The notes: a model not told the origin generated them from the sequence alone. Positions 8,810 through 18,148 are shown, counted from the first letter of the stretch. The stretch: DNA of 64,000 nucleotides from a phage (GCA_038314665.1 GCA_038314665.1_3677.1), one strand, 5' to 3'. Made by a program: numbers and translations.

Positions 8810-9073
8810 ATGAAACGTCTTGATCAGCTTAAACTAGTTCAGTACATGGCCTACAAAGTTCTTGAAGTCCAAAAAGGTAGCAAAAAAGAGGTTTGCGAGA
8901 AAGCATATAAGATCTTTACCCGTAAAAAAGATGATTGGATGTTACGCCAGACTAAAAAAGCCGATATCCTGGGGTACCTGGAAGAAGAGATCCGACTTGA
9001 AGAGCAAGAAGAGATCCGCCGCAGTGAGGCAGATTATCAGGCAGCCTGGGAAAACTGGATGAGTAACAAATAA
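8810..9073 (+). CDS. hypothetical protein (87 aa)
   Basis: ORF with RBS AAAGAGGTAAAC and hairpin GGGCCGGGAGGCCC in the leader. Confidence 0.55.
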   Translation: MKRLDQLKLVQYMAYKVLEVQKGSKKEVCEKAYKIFTRKKDDWMLRQTKKADILGYLEEEIRLEEQEEIRRSEADYQAAWENWMSNK

Positions 9074-9140
9074 TACAACAAGTTGCACGATCAGGGGGCA
9101 ATAAAGCCCCTTGATCACATAAAAATTATGCTATCCTTGG

Positions 9141-9169
9141 TTGACAAGGATCGGCAGTTTTGCTATATT
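9141..9169 (+). promoter_or_regulatory. sigma70-like promoter (TTGACA-N17-TATATT)
   Basis: upstream of the CDS at 9219. Confidence 0.6.
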
Positions 9170-9218
9170 CTTTTTTGAAGGGAAGTTGTAAGAAAATTAA
9201 CTAAGAGGTAAAAACACC

Positions 9219-9638
9219 ATGAACATTAAATCTAATAATCCGGCATATAGCTTTGATAACGCTTTTTGTCACGGTCCGGCGGCGAAAGGATTCGAAATCG
9301 ATGGTAAACTAATTATTGTCAATGTTGACGGGGAAGAGGTTGCAGTATATCCGGTGGCAGACGTAAAAAGCCGTTTACAATGCCGCATTGATGTTACCGC
9401 CTATCAGCTTGATCCGGTCCGCATAGTTGCCCTGGTCCTGGAAGAAGAAATTAAAGCCATGCACCATAGCAACAGGTTTATTGGTGACGCTCAGGATAAT
9501 ATGAAGGTGTGCCGCCATAAAGTTAATGAAGTGCTTAAAGAGTACGGTTATAAAGATCTGATGATCAAACGTGAGGAAAAATTCCGCTACCGTAACGACC
9601 TGGCAAATCGAATCTATGAAATATACGAATCATTATAA
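9219..9638 (+). CDS. hypothetical protein (139 aa)
   Basis: ORF with AAGAGG RBS; last gene of the plus-strand early block. Confidence 0.6.
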   Translation: MNIKSNNPAYSFDNAFCHGPAAKGFEIDGKLIIVNVDGEEVAVYPVADVKSRLQCRIDVTAYQLDPVRIVALVLEEEIKAMHHSNRFIGDAQDNMKVCRHKVNEVLKEYGYKDLMIKREEKFRYRNDLANRIYEIYESL

Positions 9639-9656
9639 TTTCTTAACTAAACTATC

Positions 9657-9685
9657 AGGGGCTTTAAAAGGCCCCTTTCTTTTTG
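9657..9685 (+). terminator. rho-independent terminator
   Basis: GGGGC-TTTAAAAG-GCCCC hairpin followed by TTTCTTTTTG. Confidence 0.7.
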
Positions 9686-10292
9686 TCTGTATTTCTCCTA
9701 CCACAAACGGCCCCACCTGGCAAGTGGAATAATTGACTAGCCATCAATCCCACACACTGTACAAACATACATGTAAAATAACTATTGCATAATTTTTCAT
9801 TGTGTGGTAGCAGGGCCATTTTTACCCGTTTTCTCTCTCAAAATTGCACGTAATGCCGCTATTGCACAAAATTTAACCTGATGCATATCTTCAATAGCTT
9901 GTCAACAACTAAAAATCTTTATAAGTCATACACTTACACACTCACAAAAGCGTGTTCTACGTGAAAAATCGAGTATAACTATAGCCGCCAGATCTCAGAA
10001 TTTACGTACGTTCACCATTCTATAGTCTGCTAAGTATTTATTCCAACCATAGAATAATGGAATAGTCAATACCTGCATAAAATAATTATTCGTATAAACT
10101 GCATAACATAAATCAGCTTAGGTGTCAACATTTTTCGTAAACAGCCTGAAATTATCACGGTGAGTTATCATAAACAGAGAAATCTTTAGTCGTCTAATGT
10201 TTACTGTACATTACTATACTTACTGGAATCATTAGATGACTAAGAGAAAGATAAGAAATAATTAACAATACAATTATTTTATATGTAACAAT

Positions 10293-10483
10293 AAGGCAAC
10301 TATGCAAACGAATGGCATGGCGCGACGGAGTCGCGACATAATATAAAAGCAGTAACCATCACCCCCGTGATAGTTTGTCTGCAATCTATTAATCAGATCA
10401 TAGTTGCCTTGTATTTAGTTAATCATGACATAACAAGCAAGGCAACTATAGATCTGCTAATAGTTGCCCTGCTTTTATATTAT
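10293..10483. repeat. nested inverted-repeat / hairpin cluster
   Basis: GGCAACTAT and ATAGTTGCC alternate four times; 15-bp inverted repeat ATAATATAAAAGCAG / CTGCTTTTATATTAT; palindromes CGCGAC..GTCGCG and GTGACTAAAGGTCAC; flanked by 20-bp direct repeats ATGCAAACGAATGGCATGGC (10303) and ATGCAAACGAATGTCATGGC (10609). Confidence 0.6.
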
Positions 10484-10629
10484 GTCATAGAAACACCCGA
10501 AGGGGTGACTAAAGGTCACCTGGCATAGCCAGTGAAAGATTATTAACCTGCTAATTGTCAGCTTATTGGCTGTTAGCTTGTCAATTGTTAACTTGTTAAT
10601 TGTTATCATGCAAACGAATGTCATGGCTT

Positions 10630-10800
10630 ATCATTTTTGTGTAAACAGTCAATCATGTAAATGATAAGTATGTGAACAGTTATCCATGTAAACTATTAGA
10701 TATGTAAACTATCGGTTATGTAAACAGTAAGAGCGTGAACAGTAAAGGGAGTGAATAGTAATAGCGTGAATAGTGACAGCGTAAACAGTCAGGCATGTCA
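10630..10800. repeat. tandem degenerate short repeats (ATGTAAAC / GTGAACAGT / GTGAATAGT units)
   Basis: at least ten units, roughly 11-14 bp period, visible by eye; non-coding. Confidence 0.6.
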
Positions 10801-11363
10801 ATTATGTTTAATGTGCCCAGTATGTCAAAGGTGTCATGTTATGTCACTATTGTGTCAGACAAGTTTTTCTCCTCTTTGTCAAGTGCTGCATGAAAAATTT
10901 ACAATCTGGTATGGTAGCATTTTTGCGGCCCTGTTTACATTCAGTTGTGTATGTATAATCCTTGTTGTGCGGGCGTTTGGACGTCTAGATGGTTGGAAGT
11001 CTGCAGGTCAATATCTAATCTATCGGCTGTTAACTATATCCCACACAAATAGTAAGAAATATAATTGTTATATGCGTAAACAGTAACTCATGTTATCAAT
11101 CCCTGTATGTATCGCCAGTGGTGCGCATAATGGGTATTATGTTAAATTGCCCGTAATGATAACTATTCTCACAATGATAGGTATTCTCATTCAATCCCAC
11201 AAGATAGGTTGCAAATGTTGTGCCACTGTGTGAACGGCCTCACCTATTAATTTGCCACACTGCCCCGATATTTGAGAATTGTTATAAGAATGAGAAGTAT
11301 TCCCATTTCGTCCGCCTGGCAGCACTCCAGTCGCTACCGCTTATGACAGGGCAGAGCTAGACC

Positions 11364-11512
11364 CTCTTCAGATATTTCTGGCTGACTCTTCAGGTCTGTG
11401 TGGGAAAAGCCAATCTCTCCGGCGGCGGGGAGGGGGTCAATTAAAAAATTTATGTGGTGTATGAAGCGCTCTTCAGGTAAGGCATGTATTATGGGATGAA
11501 ACCCTCTTCAGG
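11364..11512. repeat. cluster of CTCTTCAGG motifs
   Basis: copies at 11364, 11386, 11469 and 11504, with further copies at 11894 and 12544; interleaved G-rich GGCGGGGAGGGGGT (11421) and CCCGGCGGGGCAGGGG (11566). Confidence 0.5.
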
Positions 11513-12253
11513 TGATGATATTTGTGGGTGTGATATTTGCTGGAAAGTCAGATATGACGGGACTCCCGGCGGGGCAGGGGTAGTACAGACAGGGAAAATA
11601 TGGGGATGTAGTTGGGGAAATTGATCAGACAGGTGGAGTATAGTATATGTTACAAGTATGTTAAATAGAGAGGTTTAATATCTGTAAGATTTGTGTGTAA
11701 AATCAAAGACTTAAGTGGTGTTGTGGTATTTTCTATAAATAATTCAAGTTTAATAGGGAATATTTGTCAGAAAGGCAGGTTCAGGTTATTTAAAGTGGTA
11801 TTTCAGATGCATGTTTACAGAAGCAGGTAACCCCCCTCCCCCTTCGGCTACCATTCACCTTTTCCTCTGACTGGTACTTAAACACTTATTCAGACTCTTC
11901 AGGTTATCACCCATATATCATATGGCAGTGACTGGTGTCCTCCGGCCCCTCTTTCGTCACCCGTCCGCTTCGCCATGCTAATGCCATAGCCAGTGGTTCG
12001 GTTGTTCACCCTGTTCACTCAGGTGTATCTCCATACCCCTTCAAACCGAAGAGAACAGAAAACCCGAATTACTCGGTAAAAGAAAAGAGAAGAACTTAAT
12101 TTTATCAGGATAGGCAAGAATGTCAAGGCATGACTGCTCACTAAACAAGCAAACAGTCATGTGTGGGAGGTAAGTGATTGTGGTGGTAGGAAATTTAGTT
12201 GAAAGATGTGTTATGGGTGCTCCCAGCACTTTAGCCGGGCAATTAATTGTGTG

Positions 12254-12469
12254 TCAGTCCAGTGGTTCATCCCCTACTTCACTGAAATCGATGTTCATGG
12301 TCTCCTCCCAACCATCAATCTCAGCACCAGAGTAGAGATCTTTAGGACTTACTCCCAAAGCCTCAGCAACAGAGTCCATATTTAACACCTCTGGCAGGTA
12401 TGATTCATCGAATTCAAGGTAAATCAGGCCACGAGTGTTGTCAGCTCCACCAAATATTTCTATCTTCAT
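12254..12469 (-). CDS. hypothetical small acidic protein (71 aa)
   Basis: last ORF of the minus-strand array; acidic C-terminus. Confidence 0.5.
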   Translation of the reverse strand: MKIEIFGGADNTRGLIYLEFDESYLPEVLNMDSVAEALGVSPKDLYSGAEIDGWEETMNIDFSEVGDEPLD

Positions 12470-12590
12470 GAAATCTCCTCTGGAAATGAGAGTGTGAACA
12501 GGGTTTTATACGTCCCAATGCACAGGAATTATGCACGTTTGCCTCTTCAGGCCATGCTTTAGCATGAGGAACCTGTGTGGGCTCGGTGCT

Positions 12591-12896
12591 TCATAGTCTA
12601 CCACCCCTGAACTCTTCGTGCTCAGGCATAATAGAGAACCAGATAACTACGATGTCTTCCCACGTTAGGTCATCAGCCTCAGGATCTACCTGGAGTGAAG
12701 ATGGAGAATCTTCAGAATCGAAGTTTTCCTCTTGCACTGGCTCAGTCAAGGGACATACAGTCACTCCTTTGGATGTCTCTTCAGATGCATGTGTGTTTAT
12801 CATGTTCCACCCGTGAGTATTCCGGCAACAGCCGCTATGGACATAATGATCATCAGGATCACCACAAAAACCTCTGACAATGTTCTCATTGTGCAC
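12591..12896 (-). CDS. hypothetical acidic protein (101 aa)
   Basis: ORF only; start uncertain. Confidence 0.3.
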   Translation of the reverse strand: MHNENIVRGFCGDPDDHYVHSGCCRNTHGWNMINTHASEETSKGVTVCPLTEPVQEENFDSEDSPSSLQVDPEADDLTWEDIVVIWFSIMPEHEEFRGGRL

Positions 12897-13162
12897 TCCA
12901 TATTCTTCAGACTATGTGTGGATACTATCACTGGAGCGGTAATGTGTCAACAGAAACGCCGCGAGGGTTTGGTTAAAATCCGAGCGTATGGTGATTTGGG
13001 TCAAAACGGACGTGCGTTCTCGCTACGCTCGAAATAGAGAGTTGTTTGTAGAAAGCTCTTAAACGCTCTGTAATGAGATTATCTGTCCAAGGTATGCAAT
13101 CGTGCACCAGATAAAGAAAAGGACGCCACAGAGCGTCCTAGGTGTCTTAAATTTGATATTTT

Positions 13163-13474
13163 CTATACCCATGAGGGCTTATCAAGGTTGGAGTAGCTGA
13201 AAGGTGTCAAAAGGTGACTGTCAAAATCCCTCAAACTATCCAAATCTTTTTCCTCGTCCTGACACCATCTGTGCCTACATTTATTGTTGTAGTGCATGGA
13301 ATGCATAGCGTTCTGCAACTTAACAGGCACAAGTGATTCAGGAGTAGATAGTATTGCAGGGTATGCCAGAACCACCTCAAACAGTGGAAACACATCGAAA
13401 CTAAAGTCTACCTCTGCAGAGGTTGATGGCATGTAGGAGTATTTAGCCGCCTTTGTAGACATAATCCACCTCAC
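13163..13474 (-). CDS. hypothetical protein (103 aa)
   Basis: ORF overlapping the upstream stop. Confidence 0.4.
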   Translation of the reverse strand: MRWIMSTKAAKYSYMPSTSAEVDFSFDVFPLFEVVLAYPAILSTPESLVPVKLQNAMHSMHYNNKCRHRWCQDEEKDLDSLRDFDSHLLTPFSYSNLDKPSWV

Positions 13475-13797
13475 ACAGGTTTGATAATACCTTTACCGAA
13501 TAATTCTTCGTATCTAATCTTATCCGGATCCCACTCCTGGATAATTTCGAAGACAATATCCAACCCAGGGATAATCACTTCTCCAGTGTCAAGTTTGGCA
13601 AGAACAAAACCAGAAGGCTGAATGGTTTCCCAGTTGCGACGATTGGAATAGAAGACCTCGAAAATATCACCGACCTTGATCTGTTGATCAAGATGTTCAA
13701 GATTCTCTTTCATATAGACGCAGCGGATTTTTCGTGCAGGCCATAGACCACCTGCATCACGTTCATTCAATTCTTTTACAGTGATCGGCATACCCAT
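13471..13797 (-). CDS. hypothetical protein (108 aa)
   Basis: ORF with RBS; no domain recognised. Confidence 0.5.
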   Translation of the reverse strand: MGMPITVKELNERDAGGLWPARKIRCVYMKENLEHLDQQIKVGDIFEVFYSNRRNWETIQPSGFVLAKLDTGEVIIPGLDIVFEIIQEWDPDKIRYEELFGKGIIKPV

Positions 13798-13850
13798 CTC
13801 AAGTCTCCTTCATAGATAGTAAAAAGAGGGGCCCAAGCCCCTCTTTGTCA

Positions 13851-14156
13851 TTATTCTACAGAGCGTTTGAACAGAATGTCTGCCTCAGACATGTGCTCAA
13901 CCTCTTCTTCGATTTTAGCTCGACGTTTTTCCGCCTCATAGCGAATATCGAACTCGGTAGCCACCAGAGATTTGATGAATTTAGGAGAATACAGATGATC
14001 CTGCTTCTCAACGAGAATGATATCCTTAATGGCATCTTTCAGATCTTTAATCTGAAGTTGGAGTTCCACCAGTTCTTCGATTGTTTTGCGAAGGCGATCA
14101 CGCTCTGCAGTGTCAGAAGGAAGAGAGGTGAACAGTTCAACTTTAGATTTAGCCAT
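13851..14156 (-). CDS. hypothetical coiled-coil protein (101 aa)
   Basis: AAGGAGA RBS; heptad-like EELVELQLQIKDLKDAIKD. Confidence 0.55.
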   Translation of the reverse strand: MAKSKVELFTSLPSDTAERDRLRKTIEELVELQLQIKDLKDAIKDIILVEKQDHLYSPKFIKSLVATEFDIRYEAEKRRAKIEEEVEHMSEADILFKRSVE

Positions 14157-14184
14157 AGTAAGAGTCTCCTTATGTTGTTTTAAA

Positions 14185-14436
14185 TTAACGTTCTACAAAA
14201 ATACCGTTCAGTTCAATAACCAGGAATTTCTGGTCTTCACTATCGTCTCGTGCCAGCACCTCACAGACGTATCGGTCATCTCCATCATCATCGCAGTCAA
14301 ATACAAGACTGAGGACTTTATCATGATAAACCTTCGCCACTACCGCCTCGTAAGTATTGCCGATTGTGAATCCAAGATAATCTCCAATGCATTTGACAAC
14401 AACATGATCGCCAGCATTCAAGTCAATCTTCGTCAT
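14185..14436 (-). CDS. hypothetical acidic protein (83 aa)
   Basis: start taken at the internal ATG (MTKIDLNAG...) which has an AAGGAGCG RBS; ORF track extends to 14502. Confidence 0.5.
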   Translation of the reverse strand: MTKIDLNAGDHVVVKCIGDYLGFTIGNTYEAVVAKVYHDKVLSLVFDCDDDGDDRYVCEVLARDDSEDQKFLVIELNGIFVER

Positions 14437-14591
14437 TACTGCGCTCCTTGGGTAATAATACTGTATGTAAAACTTTAACCAGAGATGTGAATAACGCCCC
14501 AAAACACACCGATAGCGCTAAAACAGACAAGGCCATCATTAAAGCTTCAGTAAAATCAGTCACTCCTCACCTCTTGTTAGTCACTATACTG

Positions 14592-14855
14592 TCATTTATC
14601 CTTGCCGTCAAGAACTTTTTTAAATCTTTCAGGGATATCGCCTGTTCTTAGATAGCTCATGACCTCACAAGGTTCCCACTTGAATTTCTTACAAAGCAGG
14701 GCGGCTGAGATTGTTTCATTGCGAAAAGAAAGGATATTAATATCCCATTCTGAGAACCCCAACTTCCGAAGGGTAGCTACAGAAATCCTCACCGCAACCC
14801 AGCAGCAAAAACATGCAACAAACGCCACTGCTATAACCCACATCAGGATGTTCAT
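14592..14855 (-). CDS. small membrane protein (87 aa)
   Basis: N-terminal TM helix ILMWVIAVAFVACFCCWVAV. Confidence 0.5.
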   Translation of the reverse strand: MNILMWVIAVAFVACFCCWVAVRISVATLRKLGFSEWDINILSFRNETISAALLCKKFKWEPCEVMSYLRTGDIPERFKKVLDGKDK

Positions 14856-14944
14856 ACAAGCACCTCACTGAAATACAAGACACAGTGTTAAGGTTACAGA
14901 CCAGCAAATAATTAACAGTGCCGTTGCAACCTTGGCAAGATTTA

Positions 14945-15232
14945 TCATAGTGCCTCTAAGATTTCATATCCTTCGGGTCGGAATACAAGCCACTCCGTGG
15001 ATCCGTTTGGTCGATACGCTTTATACAGAACAACCTGATCTCGGCACATGCACATAGCTACATAGTTTTCATCCACACCTGCAGCCTGCATTGCAGCTTC
15101 TTCTCCGGCAACTGCTTTGCTTACAACCTCCTTAGTAGGCAGGTGTGCGATCAGCTCGTCACCATCATTAATTCCAAAATGGCTGAGTTCTCCATTGGTA
15201 TCTTTAATCTTAATCTTAACCAGATCTTTCAT
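14945..15232 (-). CDS. hypothetical small acidic protein (95 aa)
   Basis: overlapping stop/start with neighbours. Confidence 0.55.
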   Translation of the reverse strand: MKDLVKIKIKDTNGELSHFGINDGDELIAHLPTKEVVSKAVAGEEAAMQAAGVDENYVAMCMCRDQVVLYKAYRPNGSTEWLVFRPEGYEILEAL

Positions 15233-15561
15233 TAGTCTTCCTCCAGGTTCAAAGGCCCTAAGATTTCATATGCCAGATTAGAAGTTACCAAAGGATCTTC
15301 TGCATCTTTAGTATTGTACCACCCATGAATAACCAGGGTCCCACTTTGTTTCATGTCCAACTGGAACTCTTCTGCCGTTTCCTCATCCAGCTCCAAGATT
15401 TCCATAAGGTATTTGATGTTAGGAAGGTATGCAGCTGTTACAGTTCCCTCCACCAAACCTTCGGGCCAACCTACATCCGGATGACAAGTAGGAACCAAGT
15501 TGGTCAGCTTAATGGTGTACGCTTTTTCTGCACGAGCTTTCAGTAACTGGTCAATCTTCAT
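15232..15561 (-). CDS. hypothetical small acidic protein (109 aa)
   Basis: translationally coupled ORF. Confidence 0.55.
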   Translation of the reverse strand: MKIDQLLKARAEKAYTIKLTNLVPTCHPDVGWPEGLVEGTVTAAYLPNIKYLMEILELDEETAEEFQLDMKQSGTLVIHGWYNTKDAEDPLVTSNLAYEILGPLNLEED

Positions 15562-15911
15562 TATTCGTCCTCCTCTTCGGTGCCTGCTTCCAGTAATAAG
15601 TTAAGAATATCTTCTGCACAAGGCTCATAAAACTCTTGGCCTTCATTATCGATGATTTTGTAGTCATCTCCACGAATAATCAGGGGATCACTCTCAAAAT
15701 TATCAAGACCTTTAACAACGACAACACGATCGATTGCCATCATTGTAAGAACTTTATCGACATCTTCCTCTGCTACACCGTACTGCAGCAGAATGTCTTT
15801 GGTAGGAGGAACAGCATCCACCACAACACCGTTACCAAAACCTTCCGGAAGATTAGCTAAAATATCTTCCGGAACCACATTAACATCAAAACCAGTAATT
15901 TCTACTTTCAT
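15561..15911 (-). CDS. hypothetical small acidic protein (116 aa), C-terminal EEEDE tail
   Basis: translationally coupled ORF. Confidence 0.55.
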   Translation of the reverse strand: MKVEITGFDVNVVPEDILANLPEGFGNGVVVDAVPPTKDILLQYGVAEEDVDKVLTMMAIDRVVVVKGLDNFESDPLIIRGDDYKIIDNEGQEFYEPCAEDILNLLLEAGTEEEDE

Positions 15912-16172
15912 TTACAGCACCTCTTCGTCAACTACTTCATAAAAATGGCCTGGGATTGCAATAGCGTTCTCACCTTCACCTACAAACACAGTTCCGTCAA
16001 GAATCAACATCATAAGAATTTCTGGAATATCCTCTTCCGGAACGTTGCCAAAACCTTTAATCAGCTTGTAGGTTGGAAGATTTACCTCTAAGATGTCACC
16101 ATCTTTAGAGCGGAAATCAACACCATCCTGAATCTCTGCCATTTCAAGGTTTTTCAGTTTAATCTTCATCAA
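15912..16172 (-). CDS. hypothetical small acidic protein (86 aa)
   Basis: ORF with RBS. Confidence 0.55.
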   Translation of the reverse strand: MMKIKLKNLEMAEIQDGVDFRSKDGDILEVNLPTYKLIKGFGNVPEEDIPEILMMLILDGTVFVGEGENAIAIPGHFYEVVDEEVL

Positions 16173-16248
16173 TCAGTCTCCTGTCTTGTTAAGATGAAGG
16201 TATTATTTCACACAGGGTTGGTGTTGTCAACACCTGTGTGCAAGAAAA

Positions 16249-16644
16249 TTACTGAAACAGTGCGGATAAATTACCTTCTGGTGGGAACTTATCTGCCAAA
16301 AACGGTGTTAGCACAGTAGCCTTCTGAAGATCTGGGGTCCACTCGTTGTTCAGAACATCCCAGTAGTACGCAATGTTGCTGTGTGGGTGCCGCATTACGA
16401 ACTTTTTCCCTTCGTAATCATCTGAAACCTCTACAGAAGAAATAACAACAGAATCTTCAAGGGTTTCTTCATAGAAAGATCCGCCTTCAAATTTCCAACG
16501 AGATGCAAGAGCTCCTGCCTTGAACGCTGCAGATAAAGGACTGTCGGCAAGAACATACATTTCTTGCACTCTGTCGCTGCGATCTTTGCTTCTTACGTTG
16601 TATACAGTATCTGAGCTATACTCGACACGGTATAGGCTTATCAT
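16249..16644 (-). CDS. hypothetical protein, paralog family B (131 aa)
   Basis: shares FVMRHPHS..YYW....WTP with the ORF at 18457-18855. Confidence 0.55.
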   Translation of the reverse strand: MISLYRVEYSSDTVYNVRSKDRSDRVQEMYVLADSPLSAAFKAGALASRWKFEGGSFYEETLEDSVVISSVEVSDDYEGKKFVMRHPHSNIAYYWDVLNNEWTPDLQKATVLTPFLADKFPPEGNLSALFQ

Positions 16645-16976
16645 TACCGCACCTCCTCAATAACTTCCACATCTGAACCAACAACAAATGCAAAAGGACA
16701 GGTTTCATGAAAGACATCCGGATCGCCGCCAAGCTTGCTAACAATTTCTCCACCATTAATAAACACAAGCTCACCAATATTCATCAGATTGCTGAAATAG
16801 TATCCATAATGATTAAAGAATGCAGCGGGGTCAGGTAGACTAGTGGCCTCAAGTTCTACATCGGTTGAGATTACTTTCTTATCATAACCTCTCGCCTTCT
16901 GAGATGCAAGATCTGCAGAATCTTCAGGCGACCGGAGATGCACAGGAATTGTTTCACCAATAAAGCGTACTTTCAT
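16644..16976 (-). CDS. hypothetical protein (110 aa)
   Basis: start taken at the ATG (MKVRFIG...) 4 nt after the upstream stop; ORF track uses a TTG at 17003. Confidence 0.5.
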   Translation of the reverse strand: MKVRFIGETIPVHLRSPEDSADLASQKARGYDKKVISTDVELEATSLPDPAAFFNHYGYYFSNLMNIGELVFINGGEIVSKLGGDPDVFHETCPFAFVVGSDVEVIEEVR

Positions 16977-16980
16977 ATTA

Positions 16981-17244
16981 TCACCCAACAACCATAGCTT
17001 CAAAAGGGGTCATGAACGAATAAACGGCATCATCATCTGCTTCAGGGAATGCTCCCAAAGACTTCATGTCTGAGCCCTTGACAAATACAAGGTTTTGATC
17101 AAAAGCTTCTTGGGGGTCAATCCGATACATATTTCGTAGAATATCACCTACCTCTTCATCAAGAGGTGAGTATGCTGTGCACGTTTTTCCGATCAAGCTT
17201 TGAGAATCAGGGTATCCACCTGAAGTTTTAAAATAAACAATCAT
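16981..17244 (-). CDS. hypothetical small acidic protein (87 aa)
   Basis: ORF only. Confidence 0.5.
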   Translation of the reverse strand: MIVYFKTSGGYPDSQSLIGKTCTAYSPLDEEVGDILRNMYRIDPQEAFDQNLVFVKGSDMKSLGAFPEADDDAVYSFMTPFEAMVVG

Positions 17245-17338
17245 ATAGTATCACCTCTGGTAAGAGATTGGGATTCCTTTCCCACAAATAATTACAAACT
17301 TCTCTTTTTATTGAGGAAGCATGCTAATCCAAGCAGGA

Positions 17339-17608
17339 TTACTCTTCTACAATCTCATACACATCAGGGGTTACAATCAACTCTTCTCCGTTACCCGGTG
17401 CAACAAACACCACCATGCCTTCAGGTGTGTGCTTTTTAGCCATCTCGATAACATCTTCTCGCAGAGCTGGTTCCATCAGATCAAAACCTTCACCCAAGGC
17501 ATCACGAACTACCTTCATGTAGTCTACTGGTTGTGCTTCAACGATCATGCCTTCAACCAGTCCACAGTTTTTGTCTGCCAGCTCGGTTTTGAATAATTTA
17601 ATTTTCAT
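17339..17608 (-). CDS. hypothetical small acidic protein (89 aa)
   Basis: ORF with GGAGACC RBS; C-terminal EIVEE. Confidence 0.55.
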   Translation of the reverse strand: MKIKLFKTELADKNCGLVEGMIVEAQPVDYMKVVRDALGEGFDLMEPALREDVIEMAKKHTPEGMVVFVAPGNGEELIVTPDVYEIVEE

Positions 17609-17745
17609 TTAGAGGTCTCCTCAATTATTTGATATTAATAGCCGTAACCTAACACATTAACTACAACTGCGATTGCAAACATAATTTCAAAGCATGCAAT
17701 CTCTACACTTGGGACTAATTTCTTAATCACGCCCATTGTAGCACC

Positions 17746-18063
17746 TCATTCTCCAAAGTCAATCTTTACTTTTCCTTTCCCTTTACCTTTCTTTCCACCG
17801 CATTTAGCCAGTTGACGTGCTGCAACATCTACCATACGGTCAGTTGCCTCGTAAGCATCACTGCCTTTAGCCTTGGCAATAACTTCTTTTCCAGAATTGT
17901 CAAAAATGAACGCCATAACTTCCTGGTGATCATTTTCAACTTTTACACTCACACGTGCATAGTTGGCAGAGGGGTGCAAACGCTCCAGCTTGGACATTTT
18001 GTGGGAAATGAAAGACACCATACCTTCAGTGATTTCTACGTTGCCAGTGATTTCAATTTGCAT
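17746..18063 (-). CDS. hpf: ribosome hibernation promoting factor / RaiA (YfiA) family homolog with Lys/Gly-rich C-terminal tail (105 aa)
   Basis: MQIEITGNVEITEGM...KLERL...ARVSVKVE...AKAKGSDAYEATDRMVDVAARQLAK matches the HPF/YhbH pattern MQLNITGxNVEITEAL..F..KLE..V.LKVEK...A.G.DMYAAID.L.DKL.RQL.K, recalled from memory. Confidence 0.7.
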   Translation of the reverse strand: MQIEITGNVEITEGMVSFISHKMSKLERLHPSANYARVSVKVENDHQEVMAFIFDNSGKEVIAKAKGSDAYEATDRMVDVAARQLAKCGGKKGKGKGKVKIDFGE

Positions 18064-18148
18064 AACGTGCTCCTTTTAAGGAAGAGAGTAACAACCATCT
18101 CTCTTTGAAAACAATAATACTACAGCTGAAGCATTGTGTCAACAGTTT

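Noticed and set aside
10751-11086. 111-aa plus-strand ORF inside the repeat region
   Set aside because: Its sequence is low-complexity and Cys/Ser-rich because it reads through tandem repeats; no RBS; it lies in the non-coding convergent region
11465-11480. GCTCTTCAGGTAAGGC resembles a eukaryotic 5' splice site (CAG|GTAAGT)
   Set aside because: This is a bacteriophage; the resemblance is coincidental and the motif is better explained as one copy of the repeated CTCTTCAGG element
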